64,000 nt of DNA. Origin: Octopus sinensis (taxonomy: Eukaryota). Made by a program: the position numbers and the translations under genes. The notes beneath the pieces were generated by a model that was given only the letters and a program-made list of their open reading frames with translations, did no database searches and was not told the origin of the DNA. The stretch is taken from the NCBI RefSeq assembly GCF_006345805.1, contig NC_043000.1:156674001-156738000 (forward strand), given 5' to 3'. This document shows, piece after piece, positions 39,342-52,760 of the stretch (positions within the stretch are counted from its first letter, which is position 1; every line of letters begins with the position of its first letter).

Positions 39342-39749
39342 ATTTTTAAATGTCTTGCTTTGAAAAACTGCATTTGGGTATGATTAGTATAATTTTTGGT
39401 AGTAATGACTTTGTCCCTCCTAGTGTGAGGCATTTATGTGTAATAATGCCCTCTATACAATATAGATATAATTAATTTGTTCAAAAGAAAAAAATTATTT
39501 TCGGATTCTTTTCTTTTATGAGGTTTTCACGCTAGCTACCCGATAATTTCTTGTTAAGATCCCTTATTAAGAGATTATCCTTAATTGTTAACTTATTCCG
39601 AAATACTTTTCATTACCCGACATGCAGTTCGTAAAAAGCCGCCATTTACCGGATATATGATTTATAAACATTCCATGTGCTTGGCCGGAGTGAGCAGTTG
39701 TCTGTTCGTCTTCGCTACATAGGTTGGTGGTTTATTTATGATGTATTCA

Positions 39750-39818
39750 GAATCAGTTCTGCTGACGATCATTAGACGCAAGTTGTATGTGAAATCACGG
39801 TGATACAGAACATAATTC
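39750..39818 (+). ncRNA. Type I hammerhead ribozyme, array copy 5
   Basis: Identical motif; predicted cut after 39805. Confidence 0.8.
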
Positions 39819-40054
39819 ATTTTTAAATGTCTTGCTTTGAAAAACTGCATTTGGGTATGATTAGTATAATTTTTGGTAGTAATGACTTTGTCCCTCCTAG
39901 TGTGAGGCATTTATGTGTAATAATGCCCTCTATACAATATAGATATATATATATATATATATATAAGCACACGCACATGCATCCTTTACACGGAAGCTTA
40001 GAAGCTTTCTGCAGGAACTACTAAATCCCTTTTAAATGTAAAACTGATAGATAT

Positions 40055-40109
<55 letters not shown>

Positions 40110-40165
40110 TATAGATAGATGGATGGATGGATAGATAGATAGATATATAGATAGATGGATGGATG

Positions 40166-40224
<59 letters not shown>

Positions 40225-40667
40225 GATAGATAGATAGATGCTACTAAAATAACAAAAATAACACACACATACACACACAAAATAAAAACTATATGATATA
40301 AGCTACATTGAAGCGATGGAGCAATGAAATGAGATGATTTGCTAATGGATAAGGAATAAACCGAAATAGCTGATTATTATCAAAATGCGATATACATGAT
40401 AAACATGTGCCTTTTTGGGGATCAGGAGGGAAAAAGAAAAACATTCTATAATCATACATTTAAGCCGGTATGTACCACCTTAACGCATAATATCGCTTTT
40501 TGCTTTTAACGAGATAAAAACCGCTGTAAAGATTTGCAACCATCTTAATTTCATTATACACTTTTTGGTCTCTTGTCAATTCCGGTTACTCTGCAGACCC
40601 ATCCACTAATGTAACCTTCTAACACATTATTCCATATTATTTTGGTTGTATATTATGGTGCAGTTTG

Positions 40668-41105
40668 AAGGCGGCGAGCTGACAGAATCGTTAGCACGCT
40701 GGGTAAAATGTATAGCAGTATTTCGTTCGTTTCCACCTTCTGAGTTCAAATTCCACTGGGGTCGACTTTGCCTTTCATCCTTTCGAGGTCAATAAAATGG
40801 GTACAAGCTATATAGTGGGATCAATGTTAATCGACTTGCCTCATACCCCAAAATTGCTGGCCTGGTGCCAATATTGTTATTATCAATAAGGTGTTGAGCT
40901 GGCAGAATCGTTAGCATGAAGGGCAAAATGCTTAGCGGCATTGCGTCCGTCTGTATGTCCTGGGTTCAAAATCTACCGGAGTCAAATTCTGCCCTTCATC
41001 CGTTCAGGGTTGATGAAATGAGTACCAGTTGAGCACTGGGGTCAATGTAATAGACTTACCCACTCCCCCGCACTTGCTGGCTTGTGCCAAAATTTGAATC
41101 CAATA
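40668..41105 (+). mobile_element. Two old SINE family B-related copies in tandem
   Basis: Heads GGCGGCGAGCTGACAGAATCGTTAGCA (~40670) and GAGCTGGCAGAATCGTTAGCA (~40896). Confidence 0.75.
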
Positions 41106-41542
41106 TTAATGCACATTTTTTAACACTATCTCGGTTGACTTTATTGCATCATTTTTAAAATTTCATATTTAATTCATTTTGCTTTATATCGATAATCACG
41201 CCTTTTTCTATCATTTTCGTTCCCTATCCATTTTTGAAATGAATTTTACTTTCTTTTACCATTTTTTAAAAATTTCATACTTTTATAATTTTGTAAATTT
41301 ATAATTTTATATTACATCTTATATTACATCTTATATATTACATCTTACACCTGATAGAGAAAAAATTGTAATATATATTTATCAGCTACTTCCACTTACT
41401 TTTTATTCCTCACACGACCGGCTCACTTCCTTGCTGCATCACGACTTTCTCATGATTTTTTAAAAATATACACTCTTCTATTAGTCGTACATTCGAACGT
41501 GTTATTAGTTATACACTGAATGAACGCCTATATAAAGGAATG

Positions 41543-41928
41543 GAGGCGCAATGGCCCAGTGGTTAGGGTAGCGGACTCGCGGTCATAGGATCGCGGTTTC
41601 GATTCCCAGACCGGGCGTTGTGAGTGTTTATTGAGCGAAAACACCTAAAGCTCCACGAGGCTCCGGCAGGGGATGGTGGTGATCCTTGCTGTACTCTTTC
41701 ACCACAACTTTCTCTCACTCTTACTTCCTGTTTCTGTTGTACCTGTATTTCAAAGGGCCGGCCTTGTCACTCTCTGTGTCACGCTGAATATCCCCGAGAA
41801 CTACGTTAAGGGTACACGTGTCTGTGGAGTGCTCAGCCACTTACACGTTAATTTCACGAGCAGGCTGTTCCGTTGATTCGGATCAACCGGAACCCTCGTC
41901 GTCGTAACCGACGGAGTGCTTCCAAATG
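41543..41928 (+). mobile_element. tRNA-derived SINE, family C, full length with TSD
   Basis: A box TGGCCCAGTGG, B box GGTTTCGATTCCC; 10-bp TSD TAAAGGAATG at 41533-41542 and 41929-41938. Confidence 0.9.
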
Positions 41929-42119
41929 TAAAGGAATGAGGAATATATGTGCGTAAACATATGTGAAAGTCTGCGTACCTGTGATTGTATATATGTGCAG
42001 AAAAATAGTCAAAGATAGAATATGAAGCTATAATTTCATTTATCTAAAATTTATATTCTTATAAATTTTCCAGTTTTTGTTACACTTTTATTTAAGTTTT
42101 ATCATCAGATAAAGAAATA

Positions 42120-42945
42120 TACCGGGTGGATGGAAAGTAACCAGGTATTAGAAATTGCTTATAATATTTCTAGCATCACTGAAGTCATGACGAAAACATT
42201 TATTTCACAGATAACACTAATGGAGATTTCTTATTTTCTTATTGTCTTATTTCTTATTTTCCAGATGGTCGGTCGCTTGAGTGCTCAGGAGCGAGCGAAG
42301 ATATCAGTAATCTATGAAGTATAGAATTCCATTGTTTTGGTTCAGAGATGGTAAGCATGCAACACTGTGTCCGGAGACAATACAAGTTGTCATGCGAAGG
42401 TGATGACCACGAGATCTGTGAACGATGCAAGAAGAAGTGGCCATCCAGCCACATCCCGATCAGCGGAGTAAACGGCAACAGTGCAGGAAATGTCTAATCG
42501 CAGTCGGCAAGAATCATTACGTCAAGCAACTCGTGAAAGTAGACTGACGAGACACACAAATCGTACGGAGTTGCATAAAGAACTGAATTTTCGTCCGTGG
42601 AAACCCCATTACGTGCAGGAGGTAAAGCATGATGAGACGACGTGGATCTCATGAATGGCCTCCAAGAAATCCAGATCTCATTCCATGTGATTTTTACCTG
42701 TAGGGTTACAAAAAGAGGAAGGGTACAAACAAAACCTCGCACACTGGAGGACTTGGAGACACGGATTCAGAAGGTTCTCAATGATACCCCAGAAGACGTC
42801 CTTCAGAAAGATGTTCATTCTATCCTTGGCCGTTTAAGGGAACTGGTTGACGCCACCGGTGCTTACGTTGAAATATGGAGATTTACTTTCATTTTCCTAT
42901 GTAATAAAGAACATGCATCATTTGTTTCAATAAATTTGTAATAGG
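42120..42945 (+). pseudogene. Internally deleted Tc1/mariner-superfamily element (rosa/maT-like)
   Basis: MVGRLSAQERAKIS.. N-terminus, then RRGSHEWPPRNPDLIPCDF and ..LGRLRELVDATGAYVEI; catalytic middle deleted. Confidence 0.75.
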
Positions 42946-43299
42946 AATTTGGATTTATTGAAGATCTTGCGTAACATAAAACAAAACACACCAAAGGGCA
43001 GAGTAAATGAAGAGAGATACAGTGGTTTTCGTCCTAGATAAAATCACTTTTAACAGTATGTGTTAAAAACGCATTATATACCGGAGTGACACTAAAAATT
43101 GTTCCAGTGGCAGTTAGCCAGAGAGCTAGATTCATTTGAGCTTTCATGGGGCTTGTCAATAACGTGTCAGGTCTCTATCAAGCGCTACTAGTAACATGTA
43201 ACTCAGTACAACCTGTCGCGTGGTCATCAGCAAATAAACCCGTAATCCCAACAAGCTTGCTTGCTAAGGAGGTGGATTTATTGAAAATCTTGCGTAACA

Positions 43300-43689
43300 A
43301 GGCGTAGGAGTGGCTGTGTGGTAAGTAGCTTGCGCTTACCAACCACATGGTTCCGGGTTAATTCCCACTGCGTGGAACCTTGGGCAAGTGTCTTATACTA
43401 TAGCCTCGGGCCAACCAAAGCCTTCTGAGTGGATTTGGTAGACGGAAACTGAAGGAAGCCCCGTCGTATATATGTATATATATATATATGTGTGTTGTGT
43501 GTGTTTGTGTGTCTGTGTTTGTCCCCCACCATCGCTTGACAACCGGTAGTGGTGTGTTTCCGTCCCGTAACTTAGCAGTTCGGCATAAGAGACCGATAGA
43601 ATAAGTACTAGGCTTACAAAGAATAAGTCCTGGGGTCAATTTGCTCGACTAAAGGCTGCAGTCAAATGACTGAAACAAGCAAAGAGAGT
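43300..43689 (+). mobile_element. SINE family A, near full length
   Basis: Co-linear with family A; short TSD GTAACA. Confidence 0.9.
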
Positions 43690-44720
43690 AACATAAAACA
43701 AAACACAGCAAAGTGCGGAGGAACTGAAGAGAGCCAACGATTGTCCAGTAATGTGTGAAGGTGCGGTGCGGAGTGGTTAGGATGGTGCAGCCACGATCAC
43801 AGGACCATGGGTTCGATTCCCAGACCAGAAGTGCGTTGTGTTCTTGGGCAAAAACAGGACAATGGAGACATAGAAAGAAACCGAACGAAAACAAACACGG
43901 TGAGTCGTTAGACCAGAACGAGAGTAAAATAATGAACGGCGGGAGAAATATTTTCTTTGAAAAGAGAAAAGATAGACGAGAGAGAAATAAAACGTCCAGT
44001 CTTTTAAACATCCATACAAGAAAAGAAAGATGGTTACGTGAGCAGAAGAAAGATGGACAAAGGTCACGTGTGAACAACGACAGAGAGAAAAAGAGAAAGA
44101 GGGGAGAGAGAGACAGACAGATAGAAAATGGTGAAAGAGGGAGGGGAAGAAGAAAGGAATTAGTGAAGGATCCCAACTTTGACCCTCCATAAATCCTAAA
44201 TTATATTTTAGAATTTATGGGAGCAACAGTCTCTGAAGATTCACACATATATAGATATATACAGATAAGCATTATATTGTTATGAGCATACACATACATA
44301 CATATACGTACACACACAACAATTACTAATAGGCACTAATCCAGAGACAAACGGGGGTACCATTATGTACATACGCACCTACTGTACGCATCTACTCATA
44401 ATCATTAAACTGCGCAATGTGTAACTCATACATACAGATTCCCATTAATCCATGTGGTTCGATACAAACACATAGCAAAATACGCGACTGGACAATGACA
44501 TATCAGACACACAGACAGATCAATTACACATACAATGATACATACATTCTAACGCATGTATGCTTATGAAAATATACACGTACGCACAAATGTTCGTTAA
44601 CACAAGCTCACGTACGTTAAACGGTGCACGTGCACTGAAGCTCTACGTGGCATATCAATTGAGTCTCGTGACTAATATCTATAGGGAGATTACGTGGGAG
44701 TGAACTTGTACAGACATGTA

Positions 44721-44751
<31 letters not shown>

Positions 44752-44879
44752 CACACACACACGCACACATACACACACACATGCACACACACACATGCAC
44801 ACACACAACTGTGTATATGGCGTTTGTGTGCGTGGTGCATGTGTGTGCTTGAGTGTGTGTGCATGTGTATGTGTGTGTG

Positions 44880-44912
<33 letters not shown>

Positions 44913-45257
44913 TATAAAATGAGATAGGGGTTGAAAATTCAACCCACCATGGGATAACATATATCCAATATACTGTTAATTGATTAAGTATGTTTCTCCA
45001 TTTTCTAATTTTGTAATATATATATATATAAAGAGAGAGAGAAGAGAGGAGAGGTACACACACACGCATACAGGGAGGAGTATATGGAATAATAATATAT
45101 TTATTATATATATATATATACACATATATACACTTATGTGCGTATATATATGCGTACACACACACATATGTATATATATAATACACACACATGTTGTTAT
45201 ATAATAAATAAATAAATGAATAAATATGTATGTATATAAATATATATATATTATATA

Positions 45258-45288
<31 letters not shown>

Positions 45289-45643
45289 CGTGTACAGTTT
45301 GTACGAATATTGATGCACACACGAGCATATACGTAATTATTCTGGTCAGCGTTTGATTCGGTCGTTAATATAAAGGTACATACACGCATGCTGACAGACG
45401 TCCGTGCGCAGGGATTCATAGATTCATACCTGGAAACGTACACATACAGCCACATGCACACACACACATGCACACCACACACAGACACACATACACAGAC
45501 ACACATACACAGACACACACACACACACACACACTCTCTCTCTCTCTCTCTCTCTCTCTCACGTACTCTTATATAAACTCTTGACCACATCCGGAAATAC
45601 ACTCTCGCCTATGCAAGTCCAAATATATAAAACATACATAGAT

Positions 45644-46052
45644 AGGCACAGGAGTGGCTGTGTGGTAAGTAGCTTGCTAACCAGCCACATGGTTCCGGGT
45701 TCAGTCCCACTGCGTGGCATCTTGGGCAAGTGTCTTCTGCTATAGCCCCAGGTCGACCAATGCCTTGTGAGTGGATTTGGTAGACGGAAACTGAAAGAAG
45801 CATGTCGTATATATGTATATATATATAAGTGTGTGTGTGATATGTTTGTGTGTCTGTGTTTGTCCCCCTAGCATTGCTTGACAACCGATGCTGGTGTTTA
45901 CGTCCCCGTCACCTATCGGTTCGGCAAAAGAGACCGATAGAATAAGTACTGGGCTTACAAAGAATAAGTCCCGGATCGATTTGCTCGACTAAAGGCGGTG
46001 CTCCAGCATGGCCGCAGTCAAATGACTGAAACAAGTAAAAGAGAAAAGAGAA
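45644..46052 (+). mobile_element. SINE family A, full length
   Basis: Co-linear with 787-1198. Confidence 0.9.
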
Positions 46053-46432
46053 TATGAACTGTCCAATGAAAGAAGGTCGTGTGTTTCACATTCTCTGATT
46101 AGATGCTTCCATCATTGGCTATCTGGCCATTTTTTTTCTTTTTACCGTTTGCGCTTCTCCGAGATCTCTTGCACCCGTTCGACATTGCTAGAGAGGAGAT
46201 GTCTACAAATGGATTGTCTTCGATCATATAGAGTTCTTCAGTGCGAATAACACCGACTGAGAGAAACAGAGCTGTCTTTTTCGGAGACAGAATGGCAGAA
46301 TCAACTGGATTTGGACGCATGTCCATTTCGTTTCAGTCCAACATCTCTCTCCCCATCTCTCCCTTTGACTCTCATACATACATACAAAGTCATTCACACG
46401 AACTCATCTCTTCTCTTTCTCCTCTCTCTCTC

Positions 46433-46469
<37 letters not shown>

Positions 46470-46554
46470 ATATAATATATATATATATATATATAATATA
46501 TATACATACATACAAACGCACATACATAATTACACACACACACACAACACACAT

Positions 46555-46587
<33 letters not shown>

Positions 46588-46591
46588 AGTA

Positions 46592-46632
<41 letters not shown>

Positions 46633-46703
46633 TTAATATATTATATATATTAATATATATATATATATATATAGAGAGATTGATAGATAGATAGATGATA
46701 GAT

Positions 46704-46759
<56 letters not shown>

Positions 46760-46893
46760 TATGTGTGTGTATATATATTGCATATTAATGTACATACACA
46801 TACATATACGCATTCGTATACACAAAATATATATATGTATATATATATCTATATATTTGTATATATATATATGTGTATATTATTATATATATA

Positions 46894-46940
<47 letters not shown>

Positions 46941-47851
46941 GCACACACACGTTCACACTAATCACATGTTTGTGCACAACCCATGTCACCATAGACACAC
47001 CGAATATTCATAATGAAAATGATACACATAAAAAACACACATACACGATACACAACACACATACGAGTGCTGATGCACATAGATATATTCATATGCAAAA
47101 ACTCATACAGATGCATACACACGAACATGGATTTTTATACATACATTCAATCAAACATGCACATACTCACTAACACACAACCAGATGCACACAGACACAC
47201 ACACCACTCTTACACGCAATACGCATACACACAAGCGTTGACACCTTAAATAAGCACACACACGCACAGAAACACACGTCCGTATGCCCACACACATGCG
47301 CTCATCTACATAGGAACAACGGCATACATACAAATACGCATACCTGTACACATAGACTCACAAGCAACGTATGCGTGTATGCACGTGTGTGAGAGAACCT
47401 CCCTATGACTGTATATCTGTTTATCTGAATTGAAAGCCTTACACACAAACACAGACATATATGCAGGCATACACCTGTCTAAATATGAACGCATAGCTTA
47501 GCATGAGTCAGCCAACCGCCCACGTATCGATGCCAAAAAGATGCACAACAATCGATTGACTATTGAAACAAAGCGATGTTGCCAGTTGCACCTTGCAATG
47601 GTTGATGTAAAGTGCAGCCACGACGCCCTAATTATACCGTTGATGCACCGAAGTTATTTCTGCCGCTTTTCTCACGCAACGCATTCTGTATTGCAAATGT
47701 ATCTGCAACAGAGGCAGCGACGACTGCAGCTATAATAATAACGTGTGAATGCAGAGGTGGGGGGGGGTTTCAATCTGAGCTGACGTACCGGGCTAAACGA
47801 CAAAGACGATAACGATGACAACACAAACAGCAACATCATCATCATCATCAT

Positions 47852-47882
<31 letters not shown>

Positions 47883-47889
47883 AGTAATA

Positions 47890-47937
<48 letters not shown>

Positions 47938-47941
<4 letters not shown>

Positions 47942-48141
47942 TATTCAGACAAATACATAACAAAAACACCAGGCCTTACAAACATATAAATAGAGAAAAT
48001 TGCACTACTAGGCACTGCCAACATCCTACGCAGAACACTTTCCATACAATAACCATCAGAGCATCACACAAATCACCGCACTACCCAGGCACACAGAGCT
48101 GCGCTCGGTTGAAGTGAAAGCACGCTATAAAAATAAAACTA

Positions 48142-48144
<3 letters not shown>
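47938..48144 (+). mobile_element. 3' end of a Dong/R4-like LINE in (TAA)n
   Basis: KIALLGTANILRRTLSIQ* (stop at 48050-48052), typical of the C-terminus after a restriction-like endonuclease; short UTR and (AAT)n tail. Confidence 0.85.
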
Positions 48145-48175
<31 letters not shown>

Positions 48176-48197
48176 TAATAATAATAATAGAATAATG

Positions 48198-48228
<31 letters not shown>

Positions 48229-48312
48229 TGAGAATGATGATGATGATGATGAATGATGATGATGATAATAATAATAATATAATAATAATAATAATATAAT
48301 AATAATGATGAT

Positions 48313-48378
<66 letters not shown>

Positions 48379-48381
48379 TGA

Positions 48382-48548
<167 letters not shown>

Positions 48549-48555
48549 TGATGAT

Positions 48556-48662
<107 letters not shown>

Positions 48663-48681
48663 AATAATAATAATAATAATA

Positions 48682-48717
<36 letters not shown>

Positions 48718-48718
<1 letters not shown>

Positions 48719-48947
48719 GTGTCTTAACTGGTTCTTCACACGTATTGAGAAGAGCATTGTCGATGTGAGAACTATTACTACCCATGTATTTTAAATTAAC
48801 TTTATTTCTATCAAAAAAAAAAAAAAGAACGAAATAGTGAGTTTAGTTAATGGCCTACCCATGTATACTATGAGTTTCTTTGCCCTAGGAGTCGGGAAGA
48901 CACTCGGCAAGAATGGAAGCAAATTGAAAGAAGAAGAAAAACCCTAA
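48718..48947 (+). mobile_element. 3' end of a second Dong/R4-like LINE family in (TAA)n
   Basis: VLTGSSHVLRRALSM*, a different UTR, and an (AAT)n tail. Confidence 0.75.
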
Positions 48948-48962
48948 ATAATAATAATAATA

Positions 48963-49000
<38 letters not shown>

Positions 49001-49051
49001 TGATGATGATGATGATGATGATAATAATAATAATAATGATATAATAATAAT

Positions 49052-49204
49052 AAAATCACCATGAGATCACCATGTCGCGCACATATGGCTGTGATGCATG
49101 TGTCTAGTGTACCCACTTATCAGACGGGTAGTCATGGTAGGTATACTGGGCTTCGTATATTTTACCCCAGTGTCACTTTGATGGCATGAACTGCTCTCTC
49201 ACTC
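49052..49204 (+). mobile_element. 3' end of a non-coding retroposon in (TAA)n
   Basis: ATGTCGCGCACATATGG..CTGCTCTCTCACTC-(AAT)n; same family as 49265-50030. Confidence 0.7.
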
Positions 49205-49256
<52 letters not shown>

Positions 49257-49264
49257 TAATAATA

Positions 49265-50030
49265 AAATACCCTGATGCAGTACCAGGCAGTGGCTCTCAT
49301 GCCTTTTGATCTTAACTGATTGGAAGTGTTATCATGTACATTGGTTTGTCTTGGTATAAAAGTTGGAATACAGCAAATATTTTGCTCAATAATACAGGTT
49401 TGACTGTCAGTTTTGACACTTTAACCATGTCCCTTAGTGGCTGATGATATGTGCATTACTGATCACGAGCAGAAGTAGTGGGGAGCATCATAGCCATGTG
49501 TTATGAAGAATTCTTTAGGATTTGAATAATTCATCTCTGGAAACATGGGTGTTTTGTCCATCTTCAAACAAACCGTATTCAGGATCATTTTAAGCAGGAT
49601 AGACTACTCAACCTGAAGAAAATTCTAACTGGGCCCCACCTGCAAGGTCATGCGCTGTTTATCCTGATATAAGATTACTTCGATTGGAAGAGGGGCTTTC
49701 TCCGTCCGGGTTGCGGATCCGTGGAATAAGCTGCCGGACGAGATAGTGAAGATGCCGACGACCGCTCGGTTCAAAGTCTCCCTTGACCACAAATGGCCTG
49801 AACTCTTTGCATAAACACCACCCTGTACATAATTCCATATACCCCTACATGACCTTGCTTTTTGCTTTATGAGCCAAAAAATTAACTTAACTTAACTTAT
49901 AAGATCACAATACAATGTCGCGCACATATGGTTGTGGTGCCTGTGCCTGATGTACCCTTATCAGACGAGTAGTCATGACGAGTATATTGGGCTTCGTATA
50001 TTTTACCCCAGTATCACCTTGAGAGTAAGA
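49265..50030 (+). mobile_element. Longer copy of the same retroposon, interrupted by a CR1/L2 3' end
   Basis: Continues as ATGTCGCGCACATATGGTTGTG after the insert; 5' flank is (TAA)n. Confidence 0.7.
49676..49897 (+). mobile_element. CR1/L2-type LINE 3' end with TSD
   Basis: RGAFSVRVADPWNKLPDEIVKMPTTARFKVSLDHKWPELFA*, (AACTT)n tail, TSD TATAAGAT at 49668-49675 and 49898-49905. Confidence 0.85.
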
Positions 50031-50263
50031 GAGTCGCTTCTCCTGCAGTTCAATACAGATATAAGTATGTAACATGCATTTCAATTTTGTGGGTGTGGCA
50101 AATTAGATAACTAATGTGGGACCCATTTAAATTTTCTGAGAATTCCCCCCACCCGGTCGAAACCCTGGACACACCCATTAGTTGATTGATATTCATTTTT
50201 CTGATATTGTCTGAAAAGTTAGTATAACACACACACGCGGGCACACATCCACATAACATATAT

Positions 50264-50706
50264 AGGCGCAGGAGTGGCTGTGTGGTAAGTAGCTTGCTTA
50301 CCAACCACACGATTCCGGGTTGAGTCCCACTGCGTGGCACCTTGGGCATGTGTCTTCTACTATAGCCTCGGGCCGACCAGAGCCTTGTGAGTGGATTTGT
50401 TAGACGGAAACTGAAAGAAGCCCGTCGTATATATATGTATATATGTATATGTGTGTGTGTTTGTGTGTCTGTGTTTGTGCTCCCCCCCCCCACTCAATAT
50501 CGCTTGACAACCGATGCTGGTGTGTTTACCTCCCCGTAACTTAGCGGTCCGGCCAAAGAGACCGATAGAATAAGTACTAGGCTTACAAAGAATAAGTCCT
50601 GGGGTCGATTTGCTCGACTAAAAAGGTGGTGCTCCAGCATGGCCGCAGTCAAATGACTGAAACAAGTAAAAGAGTAAAAGAGAGAGTAAAAGAGTAAAAG
50701 AGAGAG
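50264..50706 (+). mobile_element. SINE family A, full length
   Basis: Co-linear with 787-1198. Confidence 0.9.
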
Positions 50707-51201
50707 CAAAAGAGTATGTATTTATATGTGAGAGAGAGAGGAGAGAGGTATGTTGTTTAACCCCTTCTGACACTGAGAGAGTAGACCCATGGTCGCTAGT
50801 TTTCCTGTTGTAACCATTCCAGTTCTTTCTTTAGTATACACAAGAATACAGTGCTAGATATCTGCTTCCATTTTTCTAAGACAGCATGACGTGATTCAAT
50901 GAAACTTTTGGCTACTGTATGTAAGCCGGTCGAGCAACCGCATCGAGGTTCACACGTGGCTTGTTTGTAGGAGCCAATGGCAACAGCTAAAAGAAGAAAA
51001 AATACGTTTATTGACGTAATTAGGTCAATACTGAGTAAATGTATGTGGGGGGTTGTGTGCTTTGCGTGCGATGTATCTGATTGTAAAAGAGAGAGAGGGA
51101 GAGAGAGAGAGACAGACAGAGAGAAGGAGAGAATGAGAGAGAGAGGGGGAGAGGGAGAGAGAGACAGAGAGAGGGAGGGGGAGGGAGAGAGAGACAGAGA
51201 G

Positions 51202-51232
<31 letters not shown>

Positions 51233-51300
51233 AACAGAGAGAGGGATAAGAGAGAGAGAGAAAGAGAGAGAGAGACAGAGAGAGACAGAGAGTGAAAGAA

Positions 51301-51353
<53 letters not shown>

Positions 51354-51399
51354 ATAAAAAGGATAGTAGAGTTATTCCTCTGTTTATTTCTTTCGATGA

Positions 51400-51432
<33 letters not shown>

Positions 51433-51827
51433 TGTACATTATATATATATGTATGTATACATACTGAGATACGTTAATCGATTGATCGATAAGAGGAAGA
51501 AGTAACTATAAAGGTGTTTTTGAGCAGAACTCGATCGATCGATCGTTCGATAAATATATTATAGATTCATAGATAAGCAGATACATATACAGGTAGATAA
51601 ATGGACAGACGGAGGGAGGAAAGCAGTGGGTGTAATGGATCGAAATGTTGACTGTCAAGTTATTTGCAGCTTTACATTTAAATTTCGCTTTACGTCATTC
51701 TTACATATATAGAGAAAGCTGACGTACGTCAAACTACTTTTGTTCGTTCTTTTGTTTGTTCCTGTGAAGGGACTTGTACTTTAGGTTTGTGATATTCGGC
51801 TCACGAAAAGGCGGCGAGCTGGCAGAA

Positions 51828-52045
51828 CCGTTAGCAACACCGGGCGAAATTCGTAGCCGTATTTCGTCTGCCGTTACGTTCTGAGTTCAAATTCCGCCGA
51901 GGTCGACTTTGCCTTTTTATCCTTTCGGGGGTCGATAAATTAAGTACCAGTCACGCACTGGGGTCGATGTAATCGACTTAATCCGTTTGTCTGTCCTTGT
52001 TCGTCCCCTTTGTGTTTAGCCCCTTGGGGGTAGTCAAGAAACAGA
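51828..52045 (+). mobile_element. SINE family B, full length
   Basis: Co-linear with 15077-15305. Confidence 0.9.
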
Positions 52046-52047
52046 TA

Positions 52048-52330
52048 CTCGGCTCACAATCATCAGGTTGTGAGTTCGATTCCCGGCGGGGAGTTGTGTC
52101 CTTGTGCAGCACATTTTATTTCACGTTGTTCTAGTCCATACAGCCGACAAAAATGAATGTAATACGTGTAATTTAAAGGGTGCCAGACTTGTCTCCTTCC
52201 GTCCCACGCTGAATCTCCCTGGGAACTACGTTAAGGGTCCACGTGTCTGTGGAGTACTCAGTCACTTGCACGTTAATTTCACAAACCGGCCGTTTCGTTG
52301 ATCGGATCCGTCATCGTAACCGACGGAATT
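52048..52330 (+). mobile_element. SINE family C-related, diverged
   Basis: B box GAGTTCGATTCCC and the shared body GAACTACGTTAAGGGT(A/C)CACGTGTCTGTGGAGT. Confidence 0.75.
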
Positions 52331-52383
52331 CTAGTCTTTTTTTTTTCTCTCATTTCGAATCTCTCGTATTGTTTCTTCTATAT

Positions 52384-52505
52384 AAGGCGGTGAGTTGCAG
52401 AATCGTTAGCACGACGGATAAAATGCATAGCAGCATTTCGTTCGTCCTTTAGTTCTGAGTTCAAATTCCGCCGAGGTCGACTTTGTCTTTCCTACTTCCG
52501 GGGTC
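52384..52505 (+). mobile_element. SINE family B, 5' fragment
   Basis: AAGGCGGTGAGTTGCAGAATCGTTAGCA..GAGGTCGACTTTG. Confidence 0.75.
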
Positions 52506-52760
52506 GTGTACACCAGCGCCAAACTCCATGTTTGTAATCTTTATAGACACACGATGATCTTCCTCTAAAAAATTTCAAATTTTCTGAACTAGCTGTGATG
52601 TTCTTACTTCTCTCTCCACACTTCTCATCGTCTTTCACTCCCTCTCTACTATCACTGAACCACTCACGCCAACGAGAATCATATCTCGGCTCATACAAGT
52701 TAATGCATAAACCGTCTGGAACATTTCATAGGTAGCTCATGAGCTTGCAAATTGTCTTGT
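52505..52760 (-). pseudogene. Mariner transposase N-terminal (HTH) fragment
   Basis: EWFSDSREGVKDDEKCGE.SKNIT.SSEN resembles the mariner EW..RF..G...DD.RSGRP region. Confidence 0.55.

Larger units (their letters stand above)
37543..39947. repeat. Array of five ~480-bp units in two opposite orientations (2 + 3), bounded by (TA)n
   Basis: Left units start at 37543 and 38019 (third stub at 38489). The marker GTTCAAAAG of the inverted units falls at 38521, 38998 and 39479. Orientation switches at ~38502. Confidence 0.97.

Noticed and set aside
37704-39910. Repeated ORF MPHTRRDKVITTKNY.. in the 480-bp units
   Set aside because: Short, antisense to the ribozyme, its ends differ between units through indels, and it has no recognisable domain.
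41543-41620. tRNA genes at SINE heads (also 58512, 43770 and the family A/B heads)
   Set aside because: A and B boxes are present, but they run into SINE bodies with TSDs and no complete cloverleaf is evident.
42951-43710. ~45-bp direct repeat (GGATTTATTGAA.ATCTTGCGTAACATAAAACAAAACAC) as possible LTRs
   Set aside because: Too short, no TG..CA ends, PBS or PPT; more likely a local duplication, later split by a SINE.
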